Shown: positions 9,045 to 17,364 of the stretch, piece by piece
Position numbering within the stretch: the stretch's first letter is position 1
Layout of the letters: each line of letters begins with the position of its first letter
Assembly: GCA_001768735.1 (NCBI GenBank)
Contig: MEMB01000002.1
Span: 556,696 to 620,695 of the forward strand
Length of the DNA: 64,000 nt
Direction of reading: 5' to 3'
Source: Alphaproteobacteria bacterium GWF2_58_20
GTDB lineage: Bacteria; Pseudomonadota; Alphaproteobacteria; UBA1247
Translations under genes and position numbers: made by a program
Notes under the pieces: generated by a model
What the model saw: the letters and a program-made list of their open reading frames with translations, nothing else
Database searches by the model: none
What the model was told of the DNA's origin: nothing

Positions 9045-9751
9045 AACACATAGCCCTCCCCACGTACGGTTTTAATATGAACAGGATTACGTGGATCATC
9101 CCCCAGCTTTTTGCGAAGACGCGCCACCAGAACATCAATGCTGCGAACATTCATGCCCCCCCCCAGAATGTCCACAAGACTGTCACGGGAAACCGGAGTA
9201 CCCGCCGCGCCAACAAGGGCCGAAAGCAAGGCAGATTCTGCCGCAGGAAGAACTTCCCGCTCCCCTTCCGGGCCCAGCAAAACGCCTTTTTGCGCATCAA
9301 ACCGAAAACCGCCAATCAAGGCGCCGGAAACGGTTTCCGCGCGCCGGGCCCGGCGCAGGATGGCCTCAATGCGCAAAAGAAGTTCGCGCGGTTCAAATGG
9401 CTTGCCCAGATAATCATCCGCCCCCGCTTCAAGACCGCTGATCCGGTCATCCGGCGCACCGCGGGCCGTCAGGAGCAAAATGGGGACATTGCTTTCATTG
9501 CGCAGGCTGCGGGTCAGGGAAAGGCCATCCTCGCCCGGCATCATGATATCCACAATCAGGGCATCAAACTGGAAATCCAGCATCCGGCGCCGCGCTTCCG
9601 CGGCATCGGCCGCCGAAGCCACCACATACCCGTTTTCCGCAAGATACCGGCACAAAAGCGCGCGCAAACGGTCATCGTCATCGACAACCATGATATGTGC
9701 GGGCGGGTTTTGAATCATGTCCTGCATGGCAACTCTTGATTTATCCATCAA
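9032..9751 (-). CDS. OmpR-family response regulator (REC + winged-helix DNA-binding domain)
   Basis: 'IMVVDDDDRLRALL', 'VDIMMPGEDGLSL' and a C-terminal 'IKTVRGEGYVL' wHTH. Overlaps the kinase gene start. The start codon is uncertain (9751, 9748 or 9727). Confidence 0.8.
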   Translation of the reverse strand: MMDKSRVAMQDMIQNPPAHIMVVDDDDRLRALLCRYLAENGYVVASAADAAEARRRMLDFQFDALIVDIMMPGEDGLSLTRSLRNESNVPILLLTARGAPDDRISGLEAGADDYLGKPFEPRELLLRIEAILRRARRAETVSGALIGGFRFDAQKGVLLGPEGEREVLPAAESALLSALVGAAGTPVSRDSLVDILGGGMNVRSIDVLVARLRKKLGDDPRNPVHIKTVRGEGYVLWAA

Positions 9752-9786
9752 ACAAGGCTACCACCTTGGAAACGGAGAAACAAGAC

Positions 9787-10134
9787 ATGCCCGCACGCAC
9801 TGAAAATCCTTTTGTTGAAGACCTTTCCAGAGCCGGGGTTGATATCCTCAAGGTTCTGCGCGCCCTCAAGGATTCCGCCATTCAGGTTCATGCCCACATG
9901 GCCCGGATGGCCATGGAGGAAATGGATCTTGTTACACGAGACGAATTCGAATCCACCCGCGACATGGCCCTTGAAGCCCTGCGTGAAAACGAAAAACTGG
10001 CCCGCCGCATAGCTGCCCTTGAGGCCCGCCTTGGCCTGACCGCCACCACAAAACCGGCCAAGTCTGCGCCACGCAAGCAAAAACCCAAAAGGGCTTCTTC
10101 CATCCGCCACAAATCCCGGAGCAAAAAGCCATGA
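9787..10134 (+). CDS. ubiK: UbiK/YqiC-family accessory factor (membrane-fusogenic coiled-coil protein)
   Basis: 'NPFVEDLSRAG...VTRDEFESTRDMALEALRENEKLARRIAALEARL' matches the YqiC/BMFP pattern. Confidence 0.55.
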   Translation: MPARTENPFVEDLSRAGVDILKVLRALKDSAIQVHAHMARMAMEEMDLVTRDEFESTRDMALEALRENEKLARRIAALEARLGLTATTKPAKSAPRKQKPKRASSIRHKSRSKKP

Positions 10135-10637
10135 GTTTGGCCACCTCCCTGCGCAGCATACGCCTTTCCGCAAGCCCGCTGGATGCTGTTGAACAAATGG
10201 CGGAATCCAATGCCTGGCCCTGTGAACGCAGGGAAAGCGATGAACTTTTCATCCGCCTTGCCGGGCGCTGGTGTGAATACCATGCCTATGTGACATGGCA
10301 GGAGGAATATGGCTCCATCCAGTTCAGCTGCCTGACCGATATTGAAATTTCCGCCCTTCGGCATCAGGAAGCCAATGACTCCCTCGCCTATATCAACGCG
10401 CGGCTCTGGCTGGGCCATTTTGAGGAAACCGGAGACGAAAACCTGTTGGCCTTCCGCCACACCATCCTCATGCGCAATTTCTCCACATCGGCCGTTGAAC
10501 AGCTTGAGGAAATCATCGAAATTGCCTTGGCGGAATGTGAGCGTTACTACCCCGCTTTCCAGCTTGTCATGCTGGGCCGAAAGGCTGTTCACGAAGCCGT
10601 GAATGCCGCCCTCATCGACCCCATCGGCGAAGCCTGA
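10131..10637 (+). CDS. YbjN-domain protein (putative sensory-transduction regulator)
   Basis: 168 aa. 4-nt overlap with ubiK. The 'SIQFSCLTDIEI... WLGHFEE' pattern is typical of YbjN/DUF2596 proteins. Confidence 0.45.
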   Translation: MSLATSLRSIRLSASPLDAVEQMAESNAWPCERRESDELFIRLAGRWCEYHAYVTWQEEYGSIQFSCLTDIEISALRHQEANDSLAYINARLWLGHFEETGDENLLAFRHTILMRNFSTSAVEQLEEIIEIALAECERYYPAFQLVMLGRKAVHEAVNAALIDPIGEA

Positions 10638-10663
10638 CCTTTTCTGCAAATCCGCACAAACAA

Positions 10664-10696
10664 AAACGCAGCCCTTTCGGAGCTGCGTTTTTTTGA
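10664..10696. terminator. Bidirectional rho-independent terminator between convergent genes
   Basis: AAACGCAGC-cctttcgga-GCTGCGTTT followed by TTTTTT on the plus strand. The minus-strand side is A/T-rich. Confidence 0.6.
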
Positions 10697-10714
10697 TGAT
10701 ATCCCTCGGAAAAC

Positions 10715-11089
10715 TCAATAGGGCATATAAAAAACATTTGCAGGGTGTGGTGGCCTTTTCTTCAGGTGTGAACGCACTTTTCCCTCTTCAAATGTCCCGC
10801 CTGTCATCAAAAAAATCTCCGGATCATTTACCAAATCCCGGGGATACTGGCCTTTTTTGTTCTGCACTTCTGTATCCGCCCCATACTGCAACAACAAGGC
10901 AACCAGTTCCTTTCTTTCGTAATAACAGGCCTCATGCAAAGCTGTGTTTCCATCAAGAAAGAGGCGCTCATCAAGGTTTACCTTCTCTTTTCTCAACAAC
11001 TTCTTCAAGCGCCACATCCCCTCCCAAACTTCGACCTCCGGGGTGCCACATGCCTGGCTTACAGTCATCCACAACATATTCGAGCTCAT
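10715..11089 (-). CDS. Ankyrin-repeat protein (small)
   Basis: 'DGNTALHEACYYERKELVALLLQYGADTEVQNKKGQYP' is a canonical ANK repeat. The ORF opens at 11128, but its first 13 codons overlap a terminator hairpin, so Met at 11089 is the likelier start. Confidence 0.6.
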   Translation of the reverse strand: MSSNMLWMTVSQACGTPEVEVWEGMWRLKKLLRKEKVNLDERLFLDGNTALHEACYYERKELVALLLQYGADTEVQNKKGQYPRDLVNDPEIFLMTGGTFEEGKVRSHLKKRPPHPANVFYMPY

Positions 11090-11112
11090 CTTTTTCTCCT
11101 TTTTTGCGCACA

Positions 11113-11142
11113 AAAAAAAACGCCCCACAACGGGGCGTTTTT
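11113..11142 (-). terminator. Rho-independent terminator downstream of the ankyrin gene 11288..11848
   Basis: AAAAACGCCCC-acaa-CGGGGCGTTTTT, a perfect ~11-bp stem with T-tracts on both strands. Confidence 0.65.
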
Positions 11143-11287
11143 AAAAAACAGAAGCACTGTCATCCGGAACGGGCCACATCAAGGACGGCCATTTCGCCAT
11201 CGTGTTTACTCCCTGTGGGTGACAATGCGCAGGCGGTATAAAACCGCCCGCGCCCTTTGTCAAGGATAACCCGTTAACATCACGCAA

Positions 11288-11848
11288 TCAGGGATTCATC
11301 TTGAGTTTGGCCTCAAGGAGCCGACGTGGACGTTTGAGGGCTGCCCCCGATATAGCATCCGCGAGTCTTGTAGAAAACTCGGCTTTGGCTTCAGGGGTAT
11401 TGCGCCTTGATAAGGCCTTGACGGCCGAAGATGCCCACGCCTTCCTCCTGTCATCTTCACCGGCTTCCCAGTCAAGATGTCCCTTGTGCAGGATTTTCAT
11501 GAGGTTCCGGCTTTTCAGGTAATCATGGGGATATTTTCCCTTGGCGTTGAGCAATCCGGGATTGGCGCCACGCGCAAGCAGCATTTCGATGGCGCCCCTG
11601 TTTTGCATCTCGCACGCAAGATGCAGGGGGGTATAACCTTCCTCATCAAACTGCGCATTGACATCGAAACCGCGATCCAGCAGCGCGTTCATGGTCACCA
11701 TGCCTTTTCCCGGCTCTGCCAGAAGGAGGGCGTGCATGAACTGCTCTTGCGCCACGACAAGTTTGGCCAGCTGCTTTTGCGCCTTTTCCAGCTGATGATT
11801 TTTGATGGATGAGAGAATATCAAACCTGTTCGGCAATGTCTCAGACAT
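11288..11848 (-). CDS. Ankyrin-repeat protein
   Basis: 'EGYTPLHLACEMQNRGAIEMLLARGANPGLLNAKGKYPHDYL' and a second degenerate repeat. Confidence 0.65.
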   Translation of the reverse strand: MSETLPNRFDILSSIKNHQLEKAQKQLAKLVVAQEQFMHALLLAEPGKGMVTMNALLDRGFDVNAQFDEEGYTPLHLACEMQNRGAIEMLLARGANPGLLNAKGKYPHDYLKSRNLMKILHKGHLDWEAGEDDRRKAWASSAVKALSRRNTPEAKAEFSTRLADAISGAALKRPRRLLEAKLKMNP

Positions 11849-11911
11849 GCTTTCCTCCGAAGAGATATGGGGTTGATCGGAAAGAAAGAATAATGACCTG
11901 CCCCATAAGTG

Positions 11912-12394
11912 TCAAGCTAAAGCTGCCACCATGAGCAGCCAAAACAAGGTGGCGGGAAAAACGCCCTTCCACATGAAAGCTGCCACTTGGTCCACCCTCA
12001 GGCGAACAAGCCTTTTCATCACCACATGGAGCACAAACAGCAATGCCGCCATCCCACCTGCCAGCCAAATGGAAGGGGAGATAAAATCTGGCGATTCCGG
12101 CAGAAAAAGCCACGCAGCGAGGGCAGCCATGGCGCCCCATGCAACACGCCCCACGACATCCACGGCAACAGGGCTCGGGGAACGCCCAGGAACCTCCGGT
12201 TCAGCCCCCCCGGAAAGAACCGTCTGGCAAGCAAGGAACGCAGCAAGGAAAGGTAGCCCCATAACCAGCCTCATCCACGGCGCCTGTCCGGAAACCAGAA
12301 AAGCCCCAAGACAACAACAGGCGAGAACCGGGCCCGTGGAAACCATGCGCCGGGCCCTTCGCATGAAAAGCATATGTTCAAGACATCCCGTCAT
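11912..12394 (-). CDS. Hypothetical polytopic membrane protein, co-transcribed with the NuoE-like gene
   Basis: 160 aa with 4-5 hydrophobic helices. Its start directly abuts the stop of the upstream NuoE-like gene (12394/12395). Confidence 0.45.
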   Translation of the reverse strand: MTGCLEHMLFMRRARRMVSTGPVLACCCLGAFLVSGQAPWMRLVMGLPFLAAFLACQTVLSGGAEPEVPGRSPSPVAVDVVGRVAWGAMAALAAWLFLPESPDFISPSIWLAGGMAALLFVLHVVMKRLVRLRVDQVAAFMWKGVFPATLFWLLMVAALA

Positions 12395-12910
12395 TCAGGC
12401 ATCCCCATCCTTCTGCAAATCTGCGAGCATATCGGATACCTGCTGCACCGAGACCGGCGCATGCAAATCCTCATCCACATCGACAACAGGCGCCCGGCTA
12501 CAGCCTCCAAGACAAAAAGCCCGTTTGAGGGTTACGGCCCCATCAGGCGTCGTTTGTCCCGGTTCAATCCCCAAGGCCTCGCAACAGGTTTGCATGATGG
12601 CATCCGCGCCACGCATGCGGCACGAACGTCCCATGCAGACCTGCACGACATGCTGTCCGGCAGGCTCCAGATTGAACCTGCCATAAAAACTGGCAATATC
12701 CCGCACATCGGAAGCTGACAAGGCCACAAGCCCTGCGACATGTTCAAGGACCTGGGGAGAAAGCCAGCCCTGATTGAGGGATTGCCCCATGGAAAGCAGT
12801 TCCACAACAGCTCCGCGGCGGCGCCCTTCCGGAAATCGCGCCACAATACTGGCAGCCTTGCGGGCATCCTCACCAGAAAACACAAAACCTTCCCCGCCGG
12901 ATTTCATCAT
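12395..12910 (-). CDS. NuoE-like thioredoxin-fold [2Fe-2S] protein (NADH dehydrogenase 24-kDa subunit family)
   Basis: 171 aa. 'VQVCMGRSCRMRGA...LKRAFCLGGCSRAPV' gives the C-x4-C ... C-x3-C ligand pattern of NuoE/HoxE. 4-nt overlap with the upstream gene. Confidence 0.7.
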   Translation of the reverse strand: MMKSGGEGFVFSGEDARKAASIVARFPEGRRRGAVVELLSMGQSLNQGWLSPQVLEHVAGLVALSASDVRDIASFYGRFNLEPAGQHVVQVCMGRSCRMRGADAIMQTCCEALGIEPGQTTPDGAVTLKRAFCLGGCSRAPVVDVDEDLHAPVSVQQVSDMLADLQKDGDA

Positions 12911-14397
12911 GGCTGGCTTCCTGAACCGCCAAGACCAAGGGAAGCCATGATGACACCAACATCATCCACCATGTGCCCTTCAACAAGCGCTGGCAATGCA
13001 GACAGGTGAAAGCCTGTGGGAATACGCAAGCGCAGAACCAGTCCGCTTCCTTCCCCGCCTCGGGAAAAGACATGTGCGCCCACTTCCCCTTGTGCCGATT
13101 CAACCGCTTCATAAACCTCCCCTTCCGGAAATTTTTCCGGAAGATCTTCAAGGCTCGCGGGTTCTTCCCCATCCATGCCGGAAAGACATGCCTGAACGAT
13201 TTTGAGTGATACGTCCAGCTCCGCAGCACGCACAAGATGGCGGGACTGACTGTCTCCGCTACGCCCGCACACAATTTCCATCGGAAGACCGGCATAATCC
13301 GCATCCTCCTGCCGCAGGTCATGCATGATGCCTGCTGCCCGCAAAACCGGGCCTGAACACCCCATTTCCATGGCCTCGTTTCCAGACAGGACACCAATTC
13401 CCGCCATGCGCAGGCGCAAAAAGGGGGAAACCTGCTCCAGTCTTTCCGGAATATCTGAAAAACGCTGGCAGAAATCCAGCAAGGCTTCCCGATCTTCATC
13501 AAGGAAAGCCGTGGAAACACCTCCGGCCACCACACCAGCCTGATGCCGCAGGAAAACAGGTAACAGTTTGTCACGCGCATTTCGCGCCAATTCTGCAGCC
13601 TTGGACTGTTCCAGAATCTCATTCATTTCCGCAATGGCCCGCAAATGGGCAAGAATGCGCGCCATTTCCGAAAGCATGACCCGGCGACGACAAACCGGGA
13701 CCGATAATTTCACGCATGCAAGGCTTTCAACGGCCCGTGCGCATGCAAGCCGTACAAAAAAACCGGATTGTCCGCCCCCCGCAGCATGGCCTATGGGCAT
13801 GACATCCTCAAGCGTACATTCCATGCGGGGCAGGCTTCCACCCGGATGCACCACAAGACGCCGCACCACTTCCCCTTCCAGATGTAACTGAAGGAGAACG
13901 GAAAAGCCCATACCCTTGTGCTTTGGCCCTATGACAAGCACATTTTCTCCCCGGTTTCCGGCAGGCCCCACCTCTATCCTGGAATGAAGGGCATTGCGAA
14001 GATCCGGGTGGCCAGAAAAGGGAATACCGAAGAAATCCCACGCCAGACGTTCGCTCCACAGGGCTCCCGGGACAACCCTTGAAGAACTGGGCAGGATATC
14101 TCCCGCATCCACCATAACCCGAATCCGGCAAAAATTTTTCTCATCATCTCCACGAAGCAGGTAGGAAAGGGAAAACCCGTCCACAGCCCCTTCCGTCTTC
14201 CGGGAATCCACAAAAATGCCGACAAACCTTGAAAAACCACATTCCGGATGCGCCTGAAGAAAGGAAAGGACCTTTGACAGGTTCGCCGGGCGGGCAAGAA
14301 CTTCAATTTCCCCCCGTGCATTGACATGGGCTTCCCGAATCAAGGGGCCAAGCCCGCCAGAAAGAATGCCACATGAGGATCCCTGATTTTTTTTCAT
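12907..14397 (-). CDS. NuoC-NuoD fusion-like protein (30-kDa + 49-kDa subunit family), divergent and shortened
   Basis: N-terminal half contains 'WDFFGIPFSGHPDLRNAL' (NuoC 'GHPxLRR' region). Middle contains 'GPKHKG...LHLEGEVVRR' (NuoD 'GPQHPA...LDGEVVER'). C-terminus 'RLRIPTGFHLSALPALVEGHMVDDVGVIMASLG' matches the NuoD C-terminus and has no DPCxxC NiFe motif. At 496 aa it is ~100 aa shorter than canonical NuoCD. Confidence 0.6.
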   Translation of the reverse strand: MKKNQGSSCGILSGGLGPLIREAHVNARGEIEVLARPANLSKVLSFLQAHPECGFSRFVGIFVDSRKTEGAVDGFSLSYLLRGDDEKNFCRIRVMVDAGDILPSSSRVVPGALWSERLAWDFFGIPFSGHPDLRNALHSRIEVGPAGNRGENVLVIGPKHKGMGFSVLLQLHLEGEVVRRLVVHPGGSLPRMECTLEDVMPIGHAAGGGQSGFFVRLACARAVESLACVKLSVPVCRRRVMLSEMARILAHLRAIAEMNEILEQSKAAELARNARDKLLPVFLRHQAGVVAGGVSTAFLDEDREALLDFCQRFSDIPERLEQVSPFLRLRMAGIGVLSGNEAMEMGCSGPVLRAAGIMHDLRQEDADYAGLPMEIVCGRSGDSQSRHLVRAAELDVSLKIVQACLSGMDGEEPASLEDLPEKFPEGEVYEAVESAQGEVGAHVFSRGGEGSGLVLRLRIPTGFHLSALPALVEGHMVDDVGVIMASLGLGGSGSQP

Positions 14398-14679
14398 TCG
14401 CCGGAAAGCGCTCCTCGCCGCCAGGCAAATGCCAGCAGGACAAAAATATCCACAACGAGCAGGAAAAAACAGACAAACCCATAACGTGCGCCTTCATGCA
14501 CGGCCACGCCTTGCAAAACAAGCAAGGGCAACAGGCCGGCAAAAGCAAAAAACAGAAGCGCCTGCGGATAAAAACGCACCTTAGGCAGGTTGTTGTCATT
14601 TTCCTTGCGCACAAAATTCTCCTTCCCCTGCAAAATACATGGGAATGGACAACAAAAAAAGCAAAAAGGAGAGGAAAAA

Positions 14680-14756
14680 TGGCGCGAGCGACGGGACTTG
14701 AACCCGCGACCTTCGGCGTGACAGGCCGACGCTCTAACCAACTGAGCTACGCCCGC
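14680..14756 (-). tRNA. tRNA-Asp (anticodon GUC)
   Basis: The reverse complement folds as a cloverleaf GCGGGCG-TA-GCTC...GAGC-G-TCGGC-CTGTCAC-GCCGA-AGGTC-GCGGG-TTCAAGT-CCCGT-CGCTCGC-G-CCA. The anticodon loop CU-GUC-AC gives Asp. Confidence 0.9.
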
Positions 14757-14840
14757 GCAGGAGGCACCTAAAAAATTCGGTGCCGAAGGTGGGTCTTCTC
14801 TAACCGCCTCTTGCATCCCTGTCAATACCCATTGTAAACT

Positions 14841-15608
14841 TTGGGCATGAAAAATCCAAAAAACATCCTCATCACGGGCGCATCTTCAGGCATTGGCAAG
14901 GCTCTGGCACTTGAATATGCAGCTCCGGGCATTTGCCTCATGCTCATTGCACGCAATGATGAGCGCCTCACCGATGTGGCTGACACCTGCCGAAACTGCG
15001 GTGCCATGGTGGAATGCGCAACCCTGGACGTGCAAGACAGCGATGCTATGGCTGCATGGATTGCATGTCAGGACGACCTTCACCCCATAGACCTTGCCAT
15101 TGCCAATGCCGGCATTTCCGCGGGCACCGCTGGTGGAGACGAGAGCGCCGAACAGGCCCGGCGGATATTTTCCGTCAATGTGGAGGGAACCCTCAACACC
15201 CTTCACCCCATCATCCCCTCCATGGCCGGACGAAGGCGCGGACAACTGGCCCTCATGGCCTCCATGGCGGCTTTTCGCGGCATGCCTGGCGCCCCGGCCT
15301 ATTCTGCCAGCAAGGGAGCGGTACGCCTTTATGGGGAAGCCCTGCGGGGAGAACTCGCACCTGAAGGGGTGGAAGTTTCCGTCATTTGTCCGGGGTTCGT
15401 AAAATCCCGCATCACCGATGCCAACAGATTTTTCATGCCGCTCCTGATGCCTGCAGAAAAGGCGGCAAAACGCATTCGTCGCGGCCTTGAGAAAAACCAG
15501 GCCAGAATAGCCTTTCCCAGACGCATGTATTTTTTCGCTTGGCTCATGGGAGCATTACCGCCGGCATGGACGGACCTGCTGATGGCGCGCCTACCGAAAA
15601 AAGCCTGA
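14841..15608 (+). CDS. SDR-family short-chain dehydrogenase/reductase
   Basis: 'ILITGASSGIGKAL' (TGxxxGxG). 'YSASKGAV' (YxxxK). 255 aa. Confidence 0.8.
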   Translation: MGMKNPKNILITGASSGIGKALALEYAAPGICLMLIARNDERLTDVADTCRNCGAMVECATLDVQDSDAMAAWIACQDDLHPIDLAIANAGISAGTAGGDESAEQARRIFSVNVEGTLNTLHPIIPSMAGRRRGQLALMASMAAFRGMPGAPAYSASKGAVRLYGEALRGELAPEGVEVSVICPGFVKSRITDANRFFMPLLMPAEKAAKRIRRGLEKNQARIAFPRRMYFFAWLMGALPPAWTDLLMARLPKKA

Positions 15609-15671
15609 AAAAGAAGGCTTTGTGATCAAGGCATCATGGCCCGCATGGCCGGAAAACCGGCAAAACCTGCG

Positions 15672-16340
15672 TCAGGGATGAATGGGAGAGGTGTATTTCC
15701 CAACGATCCGGTGACGATTGGGATCGTAGCTCCCCGTCCCCACCACCTCGCGCGTTTCGCGAAGAACGGAATCCATATAGCCACGCTGTGGAAACGGATC
15801 ATTTTCATGACCGCCACGACCGCGGGCATCCGCTTCGCAAACTAGCATGAAACGATTCCACCCGGCCTCCGAAGAAAGCGCATCAAAAGCTTGAAAAACC
15901 TTGACGAGTTTCGCTGGTTTTGCCTCATGTGCCACATGCGTGAACATATGCCACTCGGTCGCCTTCACGGCAAAATCGCGATAGGGTTCAGGAGCGTCCA
16001 GCCTTTTGCACATCCTCTCGACAAGGGGAATGCCGCGGCGATTATGGTCATGGTGTTTTGGCAAGATTTCCGGGGGCGTTTCCGCCTTGCCCACATCATG
16101 AACCAGAACAGCAAACCTGACCATCGGATCATCGGTTAGCTGGCAGGCGATTTTCAACGCCAGCAGGGTATGCGCTCCGGCATCCCCCTCGGGATGATGC
16201 TTCTCAGGCTGGGGAATGGCAAAAAGGGCGGAGACCTCTGGAAGAAAATCATTGAGGCTGCCATCATCCTGCATGGACTGCAGGGTTTCATGGGGCGCAG
16301 GTCCCCGGAGAATATTGATCAGGTCATCCCAAGTCATCAT
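15672..16340 (-). CDS. Standalone HD phosphohydrolase homologous to the C-terminal HD domain of the multifunctional CCA-adding enzyme
   Basis: 'LPEVSALFAIPQPEKHHPEGDAGAHTLLAL' aligns with E. coli Cca '[30 protein letters not shown]'. 'VLVHDVGK' aligns with 'TLCHDLGK'. 'SEADARGRGG' aligns with 'SEADVRGRTG'. Confidence 0.65.
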   Translation of the reverse strand: MMTWDDLINILRGPAPHETLQSMQDDGSLNDFLPEVSALFAIPQPEKHHPEGDAGAHTLLALKIACQLTDDPMVRFAVLVHDVGKAETPPEILPKHHDHNRRGIPLVERMCKRLDAPEPYRDFAVKATEWHMFTHVAHEAKPAKLVKVFQAFDALSSEAGWNRFMLVCEADARGRGGHENDPFPQRGYMDSVLRETREVVGTGSYDPNRHRIVGKYTSPIHP

Positions 16341-16377
16341 GCCAGGATTTTAGCATAAACGGCATAAAAAACAACCC

Positions 16378-17364
16378 TCACCGCCTGTTGACGCGCCGCC
16401 AGTTCCCGATATTGCGGTTATGTTCGGAAAGCGTGGATGCAAAGGCATGACCGCCCTTGCCATCCGCAACAAAATAAAGGTAGCTGTGTTTTTCGGGGTG
16501 AAGAACCGCTTCAAGCGCCGCCCGTCCGGGATTGCATATGGGCCCCGGAGGAAGCCCCTTGTTTTTATAGGTGTTGTACGGCGATTCTACTACCCAATCC
16601 TTGCGCAACAATGCACGACCAAGCTCCCGCCTGCCTTCCGTCAGCGCATAAATGACTGTTGGATCCGACTGCAGGGGCATTCCCCGCGCCAGGCGATTGT
16701 AAAAAACGCCAGCAATCCGCGCACGTTCTGCCGAAACCCCCGTTTCCTTCTCGACGATCGAAGCCAAAACAACCGCCTCCTCGGAACTATCCAATTTTAT
16801 ATCTGTATCCCGCGCTTGCCAAAGTTCATCCAGAAGCGTCACTTGCGCCGCAACCGCCCGTTCCAGAATTTCTCCCCGCGATTCTCCACGCAGGAAATCA
16901 TAGGTTTCCGGTAGAATGGCTCCTTCAGGCGGGATATTTTCCATCTCCCCCACAAGCTTTTCTTCCGAGGAAAGCAGGGCCACAATTTCCCGCACATCCA
17001 GCCCTTCGGCAAAAGTCATGCTGTGTTGCACGCCACGGCCAAGGGAGAGGATCTCCATGACCTGACGCCCGGAAACGCCTGCCGGAAAAACATACTCCCC
17101 AGCCTTGAGCCCTTGTGCCCGGCCAGAAATCCGAACGCCAAGAACGAAAGAGAATCGTTCTTCCAAAACCCCTTCCCCTTCAAGGATTTTGGCAATGCTG
17201 CCCAGCCCTGTCCCGCGCGGGACAACAAGAGTCTTTTCTACGGAAAGCGGGCCCGCAGAATCAAACCGGGCCAGGAGCATGTATCCACACGCGCCCAGCC
17301 CAATCATCGCAATCAGCATGCCCGCCAGAACAAGGCGGATCATGGTTTTCATGGTCATTTGCAT
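16378..17364 (-). CDS. mltG: Endolytic murein transglycosylase MltG (YceG family)
   Basis: N-terminal transmembrane segment. 'GVFYNRLARGMPLQSDPTVIY' and 'PYNTYKNKGLPPGPICNPG' motifs. Conserved position after fabF. Confidence 0.8.
   Translation of the reverse strand: MQMTMKTMIRLVLAGMLIAMIGLGACGYMLLARFDSAGPLSVEKTLVVPRGTGLGSIAKILEGEGVLEERFSFVLGVRISGRAQGLKAGEYVFPAGVSGRQVMEILSLGRGVQHSMTFAEGLDVREIVALLSSEEKLVGEMENIPPEGAILPETYDFLRGESRGEILERAVAAQVTLLDELWQARDTDIKLDSSEEAVVLASIVEKETGVSAERARIAGVFYNRLARGMPLQSDPTVIYALTEGRRELGRALLRKDWVVESPYNTYKNKGLPPGPICNPGRAALEAVLHPEKHSYLYFVADGKGGHAFASTLSEHNRNIGNWRRVNRR

Noticed and set aside
14394-14825. 143-aa minus-strand ORF (and 14373..14771 + ORF) spanning the tRNA-Asp gene
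   Set aside because: It overlaps a perfectly folding tRNA-Asp(GUC) and a low-complexity A-rich promoter region, and I see no protein motif in it. I treated it as a spurious ORF.
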